30,187 bases of DNA from Chloroflexota bacterium (lineage in GTDB: Bacteria; Chloroflexota; Chloroflexia; Thermomicrobiales; UBA6265), in NCBI GenBank assembly GCA_023392645.1, contig JAEVYR010000305.1, forward strand, positions 1-30,187, written 5' to 3'. This document shows, piece by piece, positions 1 to 11,157 of the stretch; position 1 is the stretch's first letter; every line of letters starts with the position of its first letter. Position numbers and translations under genes: made by a program. The notes under the pieces were generated by a model. That model saw nothing but the letters and a program-made list of their open reading frames with translations. It was not told the origin of the DNA and made no database searches.

Positions 1-1030
1 ACGAAGCTCCCAGCACACCGATCCCCGCCATGAGCAGGAACGAGAACGGGACGGACGACGAGAGCCCGAACAGCGTCCAGAGCACGCCCCAGCCCGCGGT
101 GCTCAGCACGAACACCGCCCCCTTGTAGCGAAAGTCGCCGAGCGCGGCGATGATCAGCGACCCGGTCAGCCCGCCGACACCGGCGCAGGTCAGCAGCCAG
201 CCCAACCCGGCCGCATCCAGCTCCAGGACGCTGGACGCAAAGGCGGGAATCATCCCCTGAAAGATTGGCCAGATCAGGATATTCGCGGCCAGCGTGATGA
301 GCAGCACCGCCGCCGTCAGCCGGTTGGCGACGATGTCGCGGAACCCGCCCGTGAGCATGCGAAGAACCGACTCCGGGTGGGCGTGGCGCGTGCCCGTCAA
401 CGAGCGCAGCGGCCAGAGGGTCAGGAACGAGAATCCGTACCACGCGGTCGAAATCCACAGCGCCGCCGGCGCGCCGAAGGCGCTGATCATCGCGCCGCCG
501 AGCGCGGGCCCGATGACCTGGGTGACATTGATCGCCATCGCATTCAGCGCGTTCGCATTGCTCAGGTTCTCGCGGCCGACCAGATCGAGCACCAGCGCCG
601 ACCGCGCCGGCTGCGATGGGGACTGGGCCAGCCCGATGGCAAAGCCCCCAAGTGTCAGCGCCCAGAACGGCGCCTGCCCGGCCGATACCAGCAGGGCAAC
701 CGTCGACACGGCCACGAGCGCCCAGAGACTGGCCACGAGCAGCAGCCGCACGCGGTTGACACGATCGGACAACACTCCCCCCAGCGGTCCGAGCAGCAAC
801 GGCGCGAGGCGAGCGGAGGTGAAGACGGCGAGCAGAAACTCCGAGCGAGTCGTTTCGAAGACGAGCCAGCCCAACACCAGCGTCTGTGTCCAGGCCCCGC
901 CGAAGAAGAACATATTGGAGAACCACAGCAACCGGAACCTTGGGCTGTCCTGCAGCGAGGCGACGATCCGCAACGGGCCAGTGCGACCGCGGGGGGCAGC
1001 GCGAAGTGCCGGATTCGATGTGGGCTTCAC
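1..1030 (-). CDS. MFS transporter (DHA3/MFS_3-like), 3' end runs off the window
   Basis: Manual minus-strand translation: GTG at 1030 after GGAGAGG, then ...RFRLLWFSNMFFFGGAWTQTLVLGWLVFETTRSEFLLAVFTSARLAPLLLGPLGGVLSDRVNRVRLL (MFS motif A, GxxSDRxxR). Absent from the ORF track because it has no stop in the window. Confidence 0.88.
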   Translation of the reverse strand, partial: MKPTSNPALRAAPRGRTGPLRIVASLQDSPRFRLLWFSNMFFFGGAWTQTLVLGWLVFETTRSEFLLAVFTSARLAPLLLGPLGGVLSDRVNRVRLLLVASLWALVAVSTVALLVSAGQAPFWALTLGGFAIGLAQSPSQPARSALVLDLVGRENLSNANALNAMAINVTQVIGPALGGAMISAFGAPAALWISTAWYGFSFLTLWPLRSLTGTRHAHPESVLRMLTGGFRDIVANRLTAAVLLITLAANILIWPIFQGMIPAFASSVLELDAAGLGWLLTCAGVGGLTGSLIIAALGDFRYKGAVFVLSTAGWGVLWTLFGLSSSVPFSFLLMAGIGVLGAS

Positions 1031-1264
1031 GTCCTCTCCAGTCCCGCTGCATGCTGGCATCGTCGACACATCTCGCTCGCGGTCGCATCGTATACCGAAA
1101 CCCGATGATTCGCGCGTTTTCGGCCGGTCTCGAAGCGATCCGCGGCTGGCTGCCGCGACCCGACATGGCAGCGTTTGGCGAGGCTGGCCAGCGAACGGTG
1201 CGGTCAACGAGAAACCCGCCCATTCGCAGGGCGGGTCTCCCGAGTTGGATCGCGTGTGCCTAGC

Positions 1265-3121
<1,857 letters not shown>

Positions 3122-3356
3122 GGGCATCAGGTATCCGGGGGTGGCCGTGCCGAGCGGCACGGGAAGCGGCGCGACGATGATCTGGCTCGGCGGTTGGGAT
3201 CGTCGGAAAGAAACCGGGAGGTCACTCCTCCCAGAGGGGCCGCCTGTAAGCATACCATGGCCGGGTTATGTCGCGACGTGCGCGTCAGGCATGAACTCGC
3301 GCCACGCCGGTTGATGCGGGATGCATTCACGGCATTCTTCAGGTGACGCAGACCGC

Positions 3357-3635
3357 ATGCGAACGACACGCAACATATCGGACGACGTGATCGCTGCCGC
3401 GCCAACAGTCAACGATGGTTCGAGGAAGCAGGCCAGCTCCATTGGCTCACGCGCCCGACCTCCGAGAACGGGGTTGTGCGCATCGTCAGTGATCCCCGAT
3501 ATCCGGGAGCCACGACACCTCCCGCACCGATGCCGGAACGGCCCGTATCACCATGCTTCGCTAGCCACACGCGACACGCGCTCGGTAAGCGACATGGTCA
3601 TTGGCGCCGACAACCACCTTTACCTGATTCCGTAA
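3357..3635 (+). pseudogene. Eroded vapBC (RHH antitoxin + PIN toxin) relic, copy 1
   Basis: Begins MRTTRNISDDVIAAA (VapB-like N-terminus). A different frame from ~3410 reads RWFEEAGQLHWLTRPTSENGVVRIVSDPRYPG (middle of an actinobacterial-type VapC). Ends LATRDTR...DMVIGADNHLYLIP* (VapC C-terminus). Far too short for an intact operon. Confidence 0.72.
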
Positions 3636-3846
3636 CTTCGGACCGATTCGCGGCACCGGGGCGCCCATACGCCGAGAACCGATGGAACGAGCGATGATCG
3701 GCCCGTCCGGCCAGCGCGACCTGCCCGAAGGAGCTATCCGCCGGCATCCCTCACGTTCCGCACCCCCCACGCGTCTATACTGTTGACGTAAGTGGGGCCT
3801 GTCTGCAACCGGGCACGACGCCGGCGAGGCCGGATGAGCACGGCGC

Positions 3847-6468
3847 ATGGAGCTGCTGGAACGCGAGTCCAATCTGCGCGAGCTGGGCGACCTCCTCGAC
3901 GACGCAACCCACCGCCATGGACGCATTCTCTTCCTCGGCGGCGAGGCCGGTGTCGGCAAGACGAGCCTCATCGAGACGTTTTGCGGGCAGGTCGAGCACG
4001 AGGTGGAGGCGATCCGCTCATCCTGCGATGCCCTCTCCACCCCTGGTCCACTGAGCTCCGTGCGACCCCACGCCTCGGCGCTCGGCATCGACTTCCACCC
4101 CCACCTGCGCGAGAGCCAGTTCCGCGACGACCTGTTCCACGCGATGTTCGACGCGCTCGACCGGCGGAGCGATCCCGTGCTGATGGTGGGCGAGGACGCG
4201 CACTGGTCCGACGATGCCTCGCTCGACCTGATTCGCTACATCGGGCGACGCGTCGAGCGCCTGCCCCTGCTCCTGATCGTTACCTACCGCGATGACGAAA
4301 TCGGCCCGAATCACCCGCTGCAGCGCGTCCTCGGCGATCTCGCGACCGCGCCCGGATACCGGCGCCTGAGCCTCCATCCGCTGTCGGCGGACGCAGTGCG
4401 CCGGCTCTCCGGCGACAGCGGGCTCGACCCGATCGAGCTGCACCGGCAAACCGGCGGAAACCCGTTCTACATCACGGAGGTGCTGGCTACCGGCGGAGAC
4501 AGCGTGCCCGCCACGATCAGCGACGCCGTGCTGGCTCGCGCCTCGCGGCTGACACCACCCGCCCGCGACGTCCTCAACACCGCCGCGGTGATTGGCGCCC
4601 GGATCGATGGCGACATGCTGCTGGGCATGGTCGGGCCAGCGCTGGACGAGATCGAGGAGTGCGTGAACAGTGGTCTGCTGCGGCCCGACGGCGACCAGCT
4701 CGCGTTCCGCCACCAGCTCGCCCGCGACGCAATCTACGAGGCGATCATCCCGCCGCGGCGCCGGCTGCTGCACGGCCGCGCGCTTGCCCAGCTTCGGGAG
4801 TTCCCCGACCGGCAACAGCACCTGGCGACGCTCGCCCATCACGCCGAGCTGGCCGGGGATCGCGCCGCGACGCTGGAGCTCGCGGTGGCGGCGGCCGAGC
4901 AGGCCAGGGATCTCGGCGCCCACCGCGAGGCGCAGCAGCAATATGCGCGGGCGTTGCGCCACGCGGGAACACTGCCGCCCTCCGAGCGCGCCGGGCTGCT
5001 GGAGGCCTGGTCCTACGAGTGCTACCTTACCCACGAGCTTGCCGACGCGATCGCCGGGCGCAAGGCGGCGCTGGAGATCTGGAGGGAACTCGGGAATCCC
5101 CTCAAGGAGGGGGAAAACCTGCGCGGGCTTTCGCGCGTCGCGTGGTTCGCGGGCCAGAACGCGGAGGCGAACGCGGCGGCCCAGGCCGCGCTCGACGTGC
5201 TGGAGCCGCTGCCGCCTGGCCCGCAGCTCGCCTGGGCCTACAGCAACATGTCCCAACTGCGCATGCTCGCGTCAGACATCGACGGCGCGATCGCCTGGGG
5301 CGACCGCGCGAGCGCGCTGGCCGAGCGCCTCGGCGAAACCGAGATCCTGGTCCACGCGCTCAACAACGTCGGCACGGCCCGGATGCAGGCCGGCGAGTCA
5401 GAGGGGCAGCGCCAGCTCGAGCGCAGCCTCGCGCTGGCGCTTGCGGACGGGCTCGACGATCATGTGGGCCGCGCCTGGGTGAATCTCGTCTCCAACGCGG
5501 TCATGCTCTACCAGCTCGATGCGGCATCGCGCTACCTGGACGATGGCATCGCCTACACCACCGAGCACGACCTGGACGCGTTTCGGGCCTACCTGACCGC
5601 GTGGCGGGCGGTGGCCAAGCTTCGCCGGGGCGATTGGCCCGGTGCGGAGCTCGACTGCGCAACGGTGCTCAGTCAGCCGCGCACGGTGGCGACCACCAAA
5701 ATCGTCGCGCTGACGGCGCTCGGACGCCTGCGGGCACGCCGGGGCGAACCGGACGCGACGACACCGCTGCAGGATGCGCTGGCGCTGGCCGAGCTGACCG
5801 GGGAACCCCTTCGCCTCGGTCCGGTGCGCGCGGCGCAGGCCGAGACGGCCTGGCTGAGCGGTAACCCCGACGCGATCGCGGACGCGACCGCCGCCCTGCG
5901 ATCCCTCGCCGGCCAGCGGCTCGATCCCTGGCTCCGCGGAGAGATCGACTGGTGGCTGCACCGGGCCGGCGAGTCCCCGGCGCCCGATCACGATGTCGCC
6001 GAGCCGTGGGCGCTTCAGCTCGCGAACGATGCGACCGCCGCGGCCAGCGCGTGGGACGCGCTCGGCTGCCCTTGGGAGGCGGCGCGGGCACAGCTCGCGA
6101 GTGACGACGAATCTGCCTTGCGGGCCGCGCTCGCCACTTTCGAACGCCTCGGGGCGCCGCCGGCGATCGCGCTGGCACACCAGCGCCTGCGGGAGATCGG
6201 CGTGCGAGCGATCCCGCGCGGCCCCCATCGCGCCACCCGCGCTCATCCTGCCGGACTGACCTCGCGCGAAGCCGAGATCCTCGCCCTCATCAGCGCCGGC
6301 TCCACCAACCGCGAGATCGCCGGGCACCTCTACCTCTCGCCCAAGACGGTCGAGCACCACGTCTCGGCGATCCTCGCCAAGCTCGAGGTGCCGTCGCGCC
6401 GCGAAGCTGTACGCGTCGCCGCGCGGCTCGGGCTCGCGTCCGGCCCCGCTTCTCCCGATCAGGGATAG
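3847..6468 (+). CDS. LuxR/MalT-type (LAL) STAND ATPase transcriptional regulator
   Basis: LLERE start, Walker A GEAGVGKT, Walker B-like EDAHWSD, TGGNPFY, TPR-like helical middle, C-terminal LuxR HTH GLTSREAEILALISAGSTNREIAGHLYLSPKTVEHHVSAILAKL. Confidence 0.95.
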   Translation: MELLERESNLRELGDLLDDATHRHGRILFLGGEAGVGKTSLIETFCGQVEHEVEAIRSSCDALSTPGPLSSVRPHASALGIDFHPHLRESQFRDDLFHAMFDALDRRSDPVLMVGEDAHWSDDASLDLIRYIGRRVERLPLLLIVTYRDDEIGPNHPLQRVLGDLATAPGYRRLSLHPLSADAVRRLSGDSGLDPIELHRQTGGNPFYITEVLATGGDSVPATISDAVLARASRLTPPARDVLNTAAVIGARIDGDMLLGMVGPALDEIEECVNSGLLRPDGDQLAFRHQLARDAIYEAIIPPRRRLLHGRALAQLREFPDRQQHLATLAHHAELAGDRAATLELAVAAAEQARDLGAHREAQQQYARALRHAGTLPPSERAGLLEAWSYECYLTHELADAIAGRKAALEIWRELGNPLKEGENLRGLSRVAWFAGQNAEANAAAQAALDVLEPLPPGPQLAWAYSNMSQLRMLASDIDGAIAWGDRASALAERLGETEILVHALNNVGTARMQAGESEGQRQLERSLALALADGLDDHVGRAWVNLVSNAVMLYQLDAASRYLDDGIAYTTEHDLDAFRAYLTAWRAVAKLRRGDWPGAELDCATVLSQPRTVATTKIVALTALGRLRARRGEPDATTPLQDALALAELTGEPLRLGPVRAAQAETAWLSGNPDAIADATAALRSLAGQRLDPWLRGEIDWWLHRAGESPAPDHDVAEPWALQLANDATAAASAWDALGCPWEAARAQLASDDESALRAALATFERLGAPPAIALAHQRLREIGVRAIPRGPHRATRAHPAGLTSREAEILALISAGSTNREIAGHLYLSPKTVEHHVSAILAKLEVPSRREAVRVAARLGLASGPASPDQG

Positions 6469-6555
6469 CGCCCACCCCCGAACAAACATCAGGGTGCACC
6501 CCTCGAGATCTGGGGGATACGCCCCGATGCGGCGCGCGTCCGGCGCCGGCAGAAT
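6457..6555 (+). promoter_or_regulatory. Putative LuxR-activated promoter with repeated ATC(A/T)GGG boxes
   Basis: ATCAGGG at 6458 and 6488, ATCTGGG at 6508; the last forms an imperfect palindrome with CCCCGAT (6522-6528). -10-like CAGAAT at 6550-6555. Confidence 0.5.
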
Positions 6556-6675
6556 CACTCTCGACCGGACGATCCGGCGAGGGACACAACAGCCCGGGTG
6601 TGAGCGCGACACGAGCCGACGTCTCCGCCCCATCGACACGATCCCCGCGATCACCGCGACTGAGGAGTGCCGTTC

Positions 6676-6888
6676 ATGATGAACATCGACGCAACCTTCG
6701 AGATGGCCAGGGCACGGCAGGCCGACCTGCGCCTGCTGGCCGGACCGCAACCGATGATCCCCCTCACCGAGCCTCCGTTCGACTCGCTTCGCCGGCACAT
6801 CGGCCGCCTGGTGGCCCGGATCACGGCATGGTCCGGCACGCCACGGGCATCGATTGCCCCGACCGACCCGCACGCGCCCATGCCATGA
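6676..6888 (+). CDS. Small hypothetical protein (~70 aa)
   Basis: GAGGAG RBS at 6662-6667; MMNIDATFEMARARQADLRLLAG...SLRRHIGRLVARI; stop overlaps next start (ATGA). Confidence 0.6.
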   Translation: MMNIDATFEMARARQADLRLLAGPQPMIPLTEPPFDSLRRHIGRLVARITAWSGTPRASIAPTDPHAPMP

Positions 6889-7148
6889 CCACCGAAACGC
6901 TCTACCGGTACATCCAGCTTCAGATTCCACAAAGGACGCGCGCCATGATGATGTCCCAGTTCATGCCCGGGGTCTTCGTGCCCGATCCCTACAACAGCCA
7001 CTACGACGACCGGCGCACCTGGCTGGCCTGGCGCGATCCCGATCCCCCGCGGGTCCCGACGCGCCAGCGGCTCGGCCGCGCACTGGTTCGGCTCGGCACC
7101 TGGCTCGAGGGTCGCCGGCCCGCGCCGGCAGCCAGCTCCACCCCCTGA
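6885..7148 (+). CDS. Small hypothetical protein with C-terminal amphipathic RQRLGRALVRLGTWLEG helix
   Basis: ATGA coupling with the upstream ORF; an alternative start exists at the MMM run (~6945). Confidence 0.6.
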   Translation: MTTETLYRYIQLQIPQRTRAMMMSQFMPGVFVPDPYNSHYDDRRTWLAWRDPDPPRVPTRQRLGRALVRLGTWLEGRRPAPAASSTP

Positions 7149-7207
7149 CGCAACAGGCCGGATCCGGATGTGTGCTTTCGGGTCCGGCATCTCCCGGGAG
7201 AATTCCA

Positions 7208-7531
7208 GTGACGATCGACCTGCCCGCACTGGCGGGCGCCACCTCCACCACCATGTTCATGATTGGCGCGCTGCCGATGCTGCGCAAGGCGTTCCGCACG
7301 AAGGACATGGCCTCCTACAGTCTCGGTCATCTGCTGCTCATGAATGCCGGAAACGCCATGTACGCGGTTTACGTGTTCAGCCTGCCGCCGGGGCCGGTGT
7401 GGGTGCTGCACGGCTTCTGGCTGGTGGTGACCGCGCTGATGCTCGGCTGGTACCTGCGGTACGAGCGCTATCGGCCCGCGGAAGCGGACACGAAGCACCG
7501 GCCGGTCGCCCCGCGCCTCGCCACCGCCTGA
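7208..7531 (+). CDS. Small 3-TM membrane protein, PQ-loop/SemiSWEET-like
   Basis: GGGAG RBS, GTG 7208; LPMLRKAFRTKDMASYSLGHLLLMNAGNAMYAVY resembles SemiSWEET LPQxxKxxxTKxxxxxS; three hydrophobic segments. Confidence 0.7.
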   Translation: MTIDLPALAGATSTTMFMIGALPMLRKAFRTKDMASYSLGHLLLMNAGNAMYAVYVFSLPPGPVWVLHGFWLVVTALMLGWYLRYERYRPAEADTKHRPVAPRLATA

Positions 7532-7570
7532 GGCCACCAGCTTCCAGCCTGGACCGCGAGCGTGACGCTC

Positions 7571-7876
7571 ATGCGAACGGCAGTGACCATTCCCGACGAC
7601 GTGCTGGCGGCTGCGCGCCAGCGCGCGGAGGGGACCGGACACACGACTGGCGAGGCTCTTGCCGACCTCGAGCGGCTGGAAGCCGGTCAGGCACCAGGCG
7701 ACTCCTGGAATGGCGTGAAGTTGCTGCCCCGGCGACCCGGACAGCCGAGCAGGCAGGCCATGCGAAGAAGGGTGGGCATGGCCGTGCCTCACAGCGCCGT
7801 GCCGGGCACGCTCGATGCACGTCTGGTCACGAACGCCGTGATCCGCGGAGTCGACCATCTGCAGGTGATCCCGTAG
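7571..7876 (+). pseudogene. Collapsed vapBC relic, copy 2 (VapB N-terminal part fused to VapC C-terminal tail)
   Basis: MRTAVTIPDDVLAAARQRAEGTGHTTGEALADL...WNGVKLLPRRPG (VapB RHH type), then GTLDARLVTNAVIRGVDHLQVIP* (VapC-like C-terminus). The PIN catalytic core is missing. Confidence 0.68.
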
Positions 7877-8008
7877 CACCCCTCGGGATTGAGGGCACAC
7901 CGCACAGGGCGACCCGACGAAACTCCCTCGGCACGACGATGAGATGACGAACTGGCGCACGGCGACGCGAGTCCACATACACGTGGATTGTGGCGTCACC
8001 GACGTGCG

Positions 8009-8500
8009 TCAGGGGCGTGACGGCTCCATCGGGCGGAGGGGCAGCCAGATCTCCATGTCGGGATCGGTGCCGGGGGTCGGCGGCGAGAGGTAGCGCTCCA
8101 GCCAGAGGATCTCCCTATTGACCTCCCGCCCCTCGCGCTTCAGCCAGGCGAACATCGCGGCGTAAAGATTGCCGAGCTCCTCGCGCCCGCCGGAATGGCG
8201 CGCGACGAGATACTCGTGGCGGGGAATCGGGAAGGCAACGAGCGCGTCGGGCAGCTCCGCGAGCGGCTCATCGCTGGTCAGGCCGACGTAGCAGGTCAGC
8301 TCGCTCTCCCGGATGTGACAGGCGCTCAGCCACTCGTCACGATGCAGCGCCTCAGGCAGGTTGTCGACCTCCGCAACCAGGGCTTTCCACGCGGTCTCCG
8401 AGCGTGCCTCCGACAGCTCGAACGGCACGGCGATGCCGATCCCGGCGAGCCACTGGCGCTCACGCGGCTCGATGCGGAACTCCTGGTCGCGATCCGTCAT
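8009..8500 (-). CDS. GyrI-like small-molecule-binding domain protein
   Basis: IPRHEYLVARHSG...LYAAMFAWL...WLERY...MEIWLPL pattern; 4-bp overlap with the proS stop. Confidence 0.8.
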   Translation of the reverse strand: MTDRDQEFRIEPRERQWLAGIGIAVPFELSEARSETAWKALVAEVDNLPEALHRDEWLSACHIRESELTCYVGLTSDEPLAELPDALVAFPIPRHEYLVARHSGGREELGNLYAAMFAWLKREGREVNREILWLERYLSPPTPGTDPDMEIWLPLRPMEPSRP

Positions 8501-10227
8501 GAATCCGCCCCAGGATCGAGCTTCGCGAACAGCTCCGCGAGAATCGTCTGGACGCGGCCGACGATCTGGTCCATCGGCACCATCTCCGACTCGCTCTCCG
8601 TCCGCAATCGCAGCTCGACCTCGCTCGCCCCCAGCGTGCGCTTGCTGATCGAGAGGCGGATCGGATTGCCGATCAGCTCGGCATCGGTGAACTTCACGCC
8701 CGGCCGGTCGGTGCGATCGTCGTAGAGCACCTCGACGCCGGCCGTCCGCAGCTCGTCGTACAGGCGGTCGGTCGCCTCGGCCACCTCGGTCTCCTTGCCC
8801 AGCGAGAGCAGCGAGACGTGGTAGGGCGCGATCGAGACCGGCCAGATGATGCCGCGCTCGTCGTGCTGCTGCTCGACCACGGCGGCGGCATTGCGGCCGA
8901 TGCCGATGCCGTAGGAGCCCATCACCACCGGCTGCGCCTTGCCGTCCTTGTCAAGATAGGTCGCCCCCATCCGCTCGGTGTAGCGGGTGCCGAGCTGGAA
9001 GATGTTGCCGACCTCGATGCCGCGCGCCGCCTTCAGCGGCGAGCCACACACCGGGCAGGGCGCGCCCTCCCAGGCCGAGGCGATGTCGGCGACGACGTCG
9101 GCCTGGTAGTCGCGGCCGAGATTGACGTTCTTGAGGTGATACCCCGGCTTGTTCGCGCCGGCGACGAGATTGGGCGTGTCGCGCACGCTCTCGTCGACAA
9201 CGATGAACGCCCCGGCGGTCCCGACCGGCGAGCCGTAGCCCGGCTCGGCCCCGATCGCGTGGATTTGCTCCGGCGTCGCCGGCGTGAGCGTGCCCTCGCC
9301 GGTGACCTGCCGCAACTTCGTTTCGTTGACGTCGAGGTCGCCGCGCACGACGGCGAAGACAAAGCGGCCGCTCTCGCCCATGAAGAAGACCGCCTTGGCC
9401 GTCCGGCTCAGCGGGATGTCGAGGAACTCGGCCAGCGATGCGATGGTATCGGTGTGCGGCGTCGCGACCATCTCCATCGGCTGCTGGTCTTCCTCGACCG
9501 GCGCCTCGCGACGGAACTCGGCGACCTCCTTGTTGGCGGCGTAGTCGCCCGTCGGGCAGATGTACAGCGTGTCCTCGCCGTGCGGGGAAAACGCCATGTA
9601 CTCCTCCGACTTCGAGCCGCCCATCATGCCGACATCGGCGCCGACCTTGATGAAATCGAGCCCGATGCGGGTGAAGATGCGGTCGTAGGCGACCGCATGC
9701 TTCTCGTAGCCGGTGTTGAGCGCCTCGGCGTCGGTGTCGAGCGTGTAGCTGTCCTTCATCGTGAACTCGCGCACGCGCACGAGACCGCCGCGGGCGCGCG
9801 GCTCATCCCGGACCTTGGTCTGGATGTGGTAGACGATCTGCGGCAACTGCCGGTAGGAGTTGATCTCGGTCGAGACGAGGTCGGTGACGACTTCCTCGTG
9901 GGTCATCGCCAGCACCATGTCGCGCCCGCCGCGGTCCTTGAGGCGCACCATCTCCGGCCCGACCTCATGGAACCGACCCGACCGCTCCCAGATGTCGGAG
10001 GGATGCACGACCGGCATCAGCATCTCCTGGCCGCCGATGGCGTCCATCTCCTCGCGGACGATCTGCTCGATCTTCCGGATCACGCGCCAACCCAGCGGCA
10101 GCAGGCTGTAGAGGCCGGCGCCGAGGGGGCGGATCATTGCGGCCCGGACCATGAGCTGGTGGCTGGGCATCTCGGCATCAGCCGGGGCCTCGCGAAGGGT
10201 CCGTCCGAACATGTGCGACATCCGCAT
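8497..10227 (-). CDS. proS: Proline--tRNA ligase (bacterial type with INS editing domain)
   Basis: MRMSHMFGRTLRE, MTHEEVVT, KVRDEPRARGGLVRVREFTMKDSY, GANK editing domain, GIEVGNIFQLG, MGSYGIGIGR. Confidence 0.98.
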   Translation of the reverse strand: MRMSHMFGRTLREAPADAEMPSHQLMVRAAMIRPLGAGLYSLLPLGWRVIRKIEQIVREEMDAIGGQEMLMPVVHPSDIWERSGRFHEVGPEMVRLKDRGGRDMVLAMTHEEVVTDLVSTEINSYRQLPQIVYHIQTKVRDEPRARGGLVRVREFTMKDSYTLDTDAEALNTGYEKHAVAYDRIFTRIGLDFIKVGADVGMMGGSKSEEYMAFSPHGEDTLYICPTGDYAANKEVAEFRREAPVEEDQQPMEMVATPHTDTIASLAEFLDIPLSRTAKAVFFMGESGRFVFAVVRGDLDVNETKLRQVTGEGTLTPATPEQIHAIGAEPGYGSPVGTAGAFIVVDESVRDTPNLVAGANKPGYHLKNVNLGRDYQADVVADIASAWEGAPCPVCGSPLKAARGIEVGNIFQLGTRYTERMGATYLDKDGKAQPVVMGSYGIGIGRNAAAVVEQQHDERGIIWPVSIAPYHVSLLSLGKETEVAEATDRLYDELRTAGVEVLYDDRTDRPGVKFTDAELIGNPIRLSISKRTLGASEVELRLRTESESEMVPMDQIVGRVQTILAELFAKLDPGADS

Positions 10228-10305
10228 GTGTGCTGGTGCCTCCGTGCGCTGGGAACGATGCGGCCCCTGGCCGCGCGATCACAATCCTGAACAGGATACA
10301 GGATA

Positions 10306-10326
10306 CCGGCGGGAAATCCCGCCGGA
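10306..10326. terminator. GC-rich hairpin between the PduO-like gene and proS
   Basis: CCGGCGGGA-AA-TCCCGCCGG perfect 9-bp inverted repeat; no clear U-tract. Confidence 0.35.
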
Positions 10327-10454
10327 TCGCGGTACCAGTAGGCACAGCGATCGCCATCTGCGTCCCGCGGGGGCGGGCGTCCCTGATCCGAGCCGCCGGC
10401 GAGGTCCGGTGTTGTCCGCCCCTCCGACGGCTTCACTACCTGGCATGGGCAACG

Positions 10455-11009
10455 TTACGCCCGGTCACCCTTCGCCAGGCGGGGGCCATCGGTTTCGGCA
10501 AGATCCTCGGCGCGGGCGACGATGAACAGCAGCGTCGACAATCGGTTGAGGTAGCGCAGGATCTCCGGGTTCGGCATCTGCCCCGCCCGATCCAGCGCCA
10601 CCGCCAGCCGCTCCGCCCGCCGGACGACAGTCCGCGCGACGTCGAGCGCCGCGCCGGGCACCGTATCGCCGGGCAGCACGAACTGCGGCGGCAGCGTGAC
10701 TGACGCCTCGACCGCGGCGATCGCTTGCTCCAGCCACTCCACCCGCTCGGGAGGCAGCCGAAAGGCGTCGGGCCGGAGGTCGTCGGTGAACGCCAGCTCG
10801 GCCATGACCTGATAGAGGTCCCGCTGCGCGGTCACCAGGTGCTCGCGCCACGCGTCGATCGTCGCGTGCGCCCGCCCGAGCCCGATCGCCGAGGTCGACT
10901 CGTCGAGCGCCCCGAGCAGATCGATCCGGGGATCGTCCTTGGTGACCCGCTCACCGAGCAGGTCGGTCGCGCCCTGATCGCCTTTCGCCGTGTAGATACG
11001 CATGTTCAC
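10455..11009 (-). CDS. PduO-type ATP:cob(I)alamin adenosyltransferase
   Basis: IYTAKGDQGAT, GALDE, FVLPG, ARTVVRRAER, YLNRLS motifs; GAGGAG RBS. Confidence 0.93.
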   Translation of the reverse strand: MNMRIYTAKGDQGATDLLGERVTKDDPRIDLLGALDESTSAIGLGRAHATIDAWREHLVTAQRDLYQVMAELAFTDDLRPDAFRLPPERVEWLEQAIAAVEASVTLPPQFVLPGDTVPGAALDVARTVVRRAERLAVALDRAGQMPNPEILRYLNRLSTLLFIVARAEDLAETDGPRLAKGDRA

Positions 11010-11157
11010 TCCTCATTGTTCGACGGTGCCACCACCGTCCGGGGGTGTCCGTATACTGTGGTAGCCTAGCGTGTACGGATGGGAAGTCTGGCACGTCCGA
11101 TCATCAACGTGACCCAATCGCGTGCCCGGCTCCCGGACCTTGCGAGGTGCATGCTCC

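Noticed and set aside
10228..10454. Possible T-box riboswitch upstream of proS (minus-strand TGGTACCGCG next to a hairpin)
   Set aside because: It lacks the GG preceding UGGNACC, a clean antiterminator partner, a recognisable stem I/specifier loop and a U-tract. An Infernal search with the T-box model would settle it.
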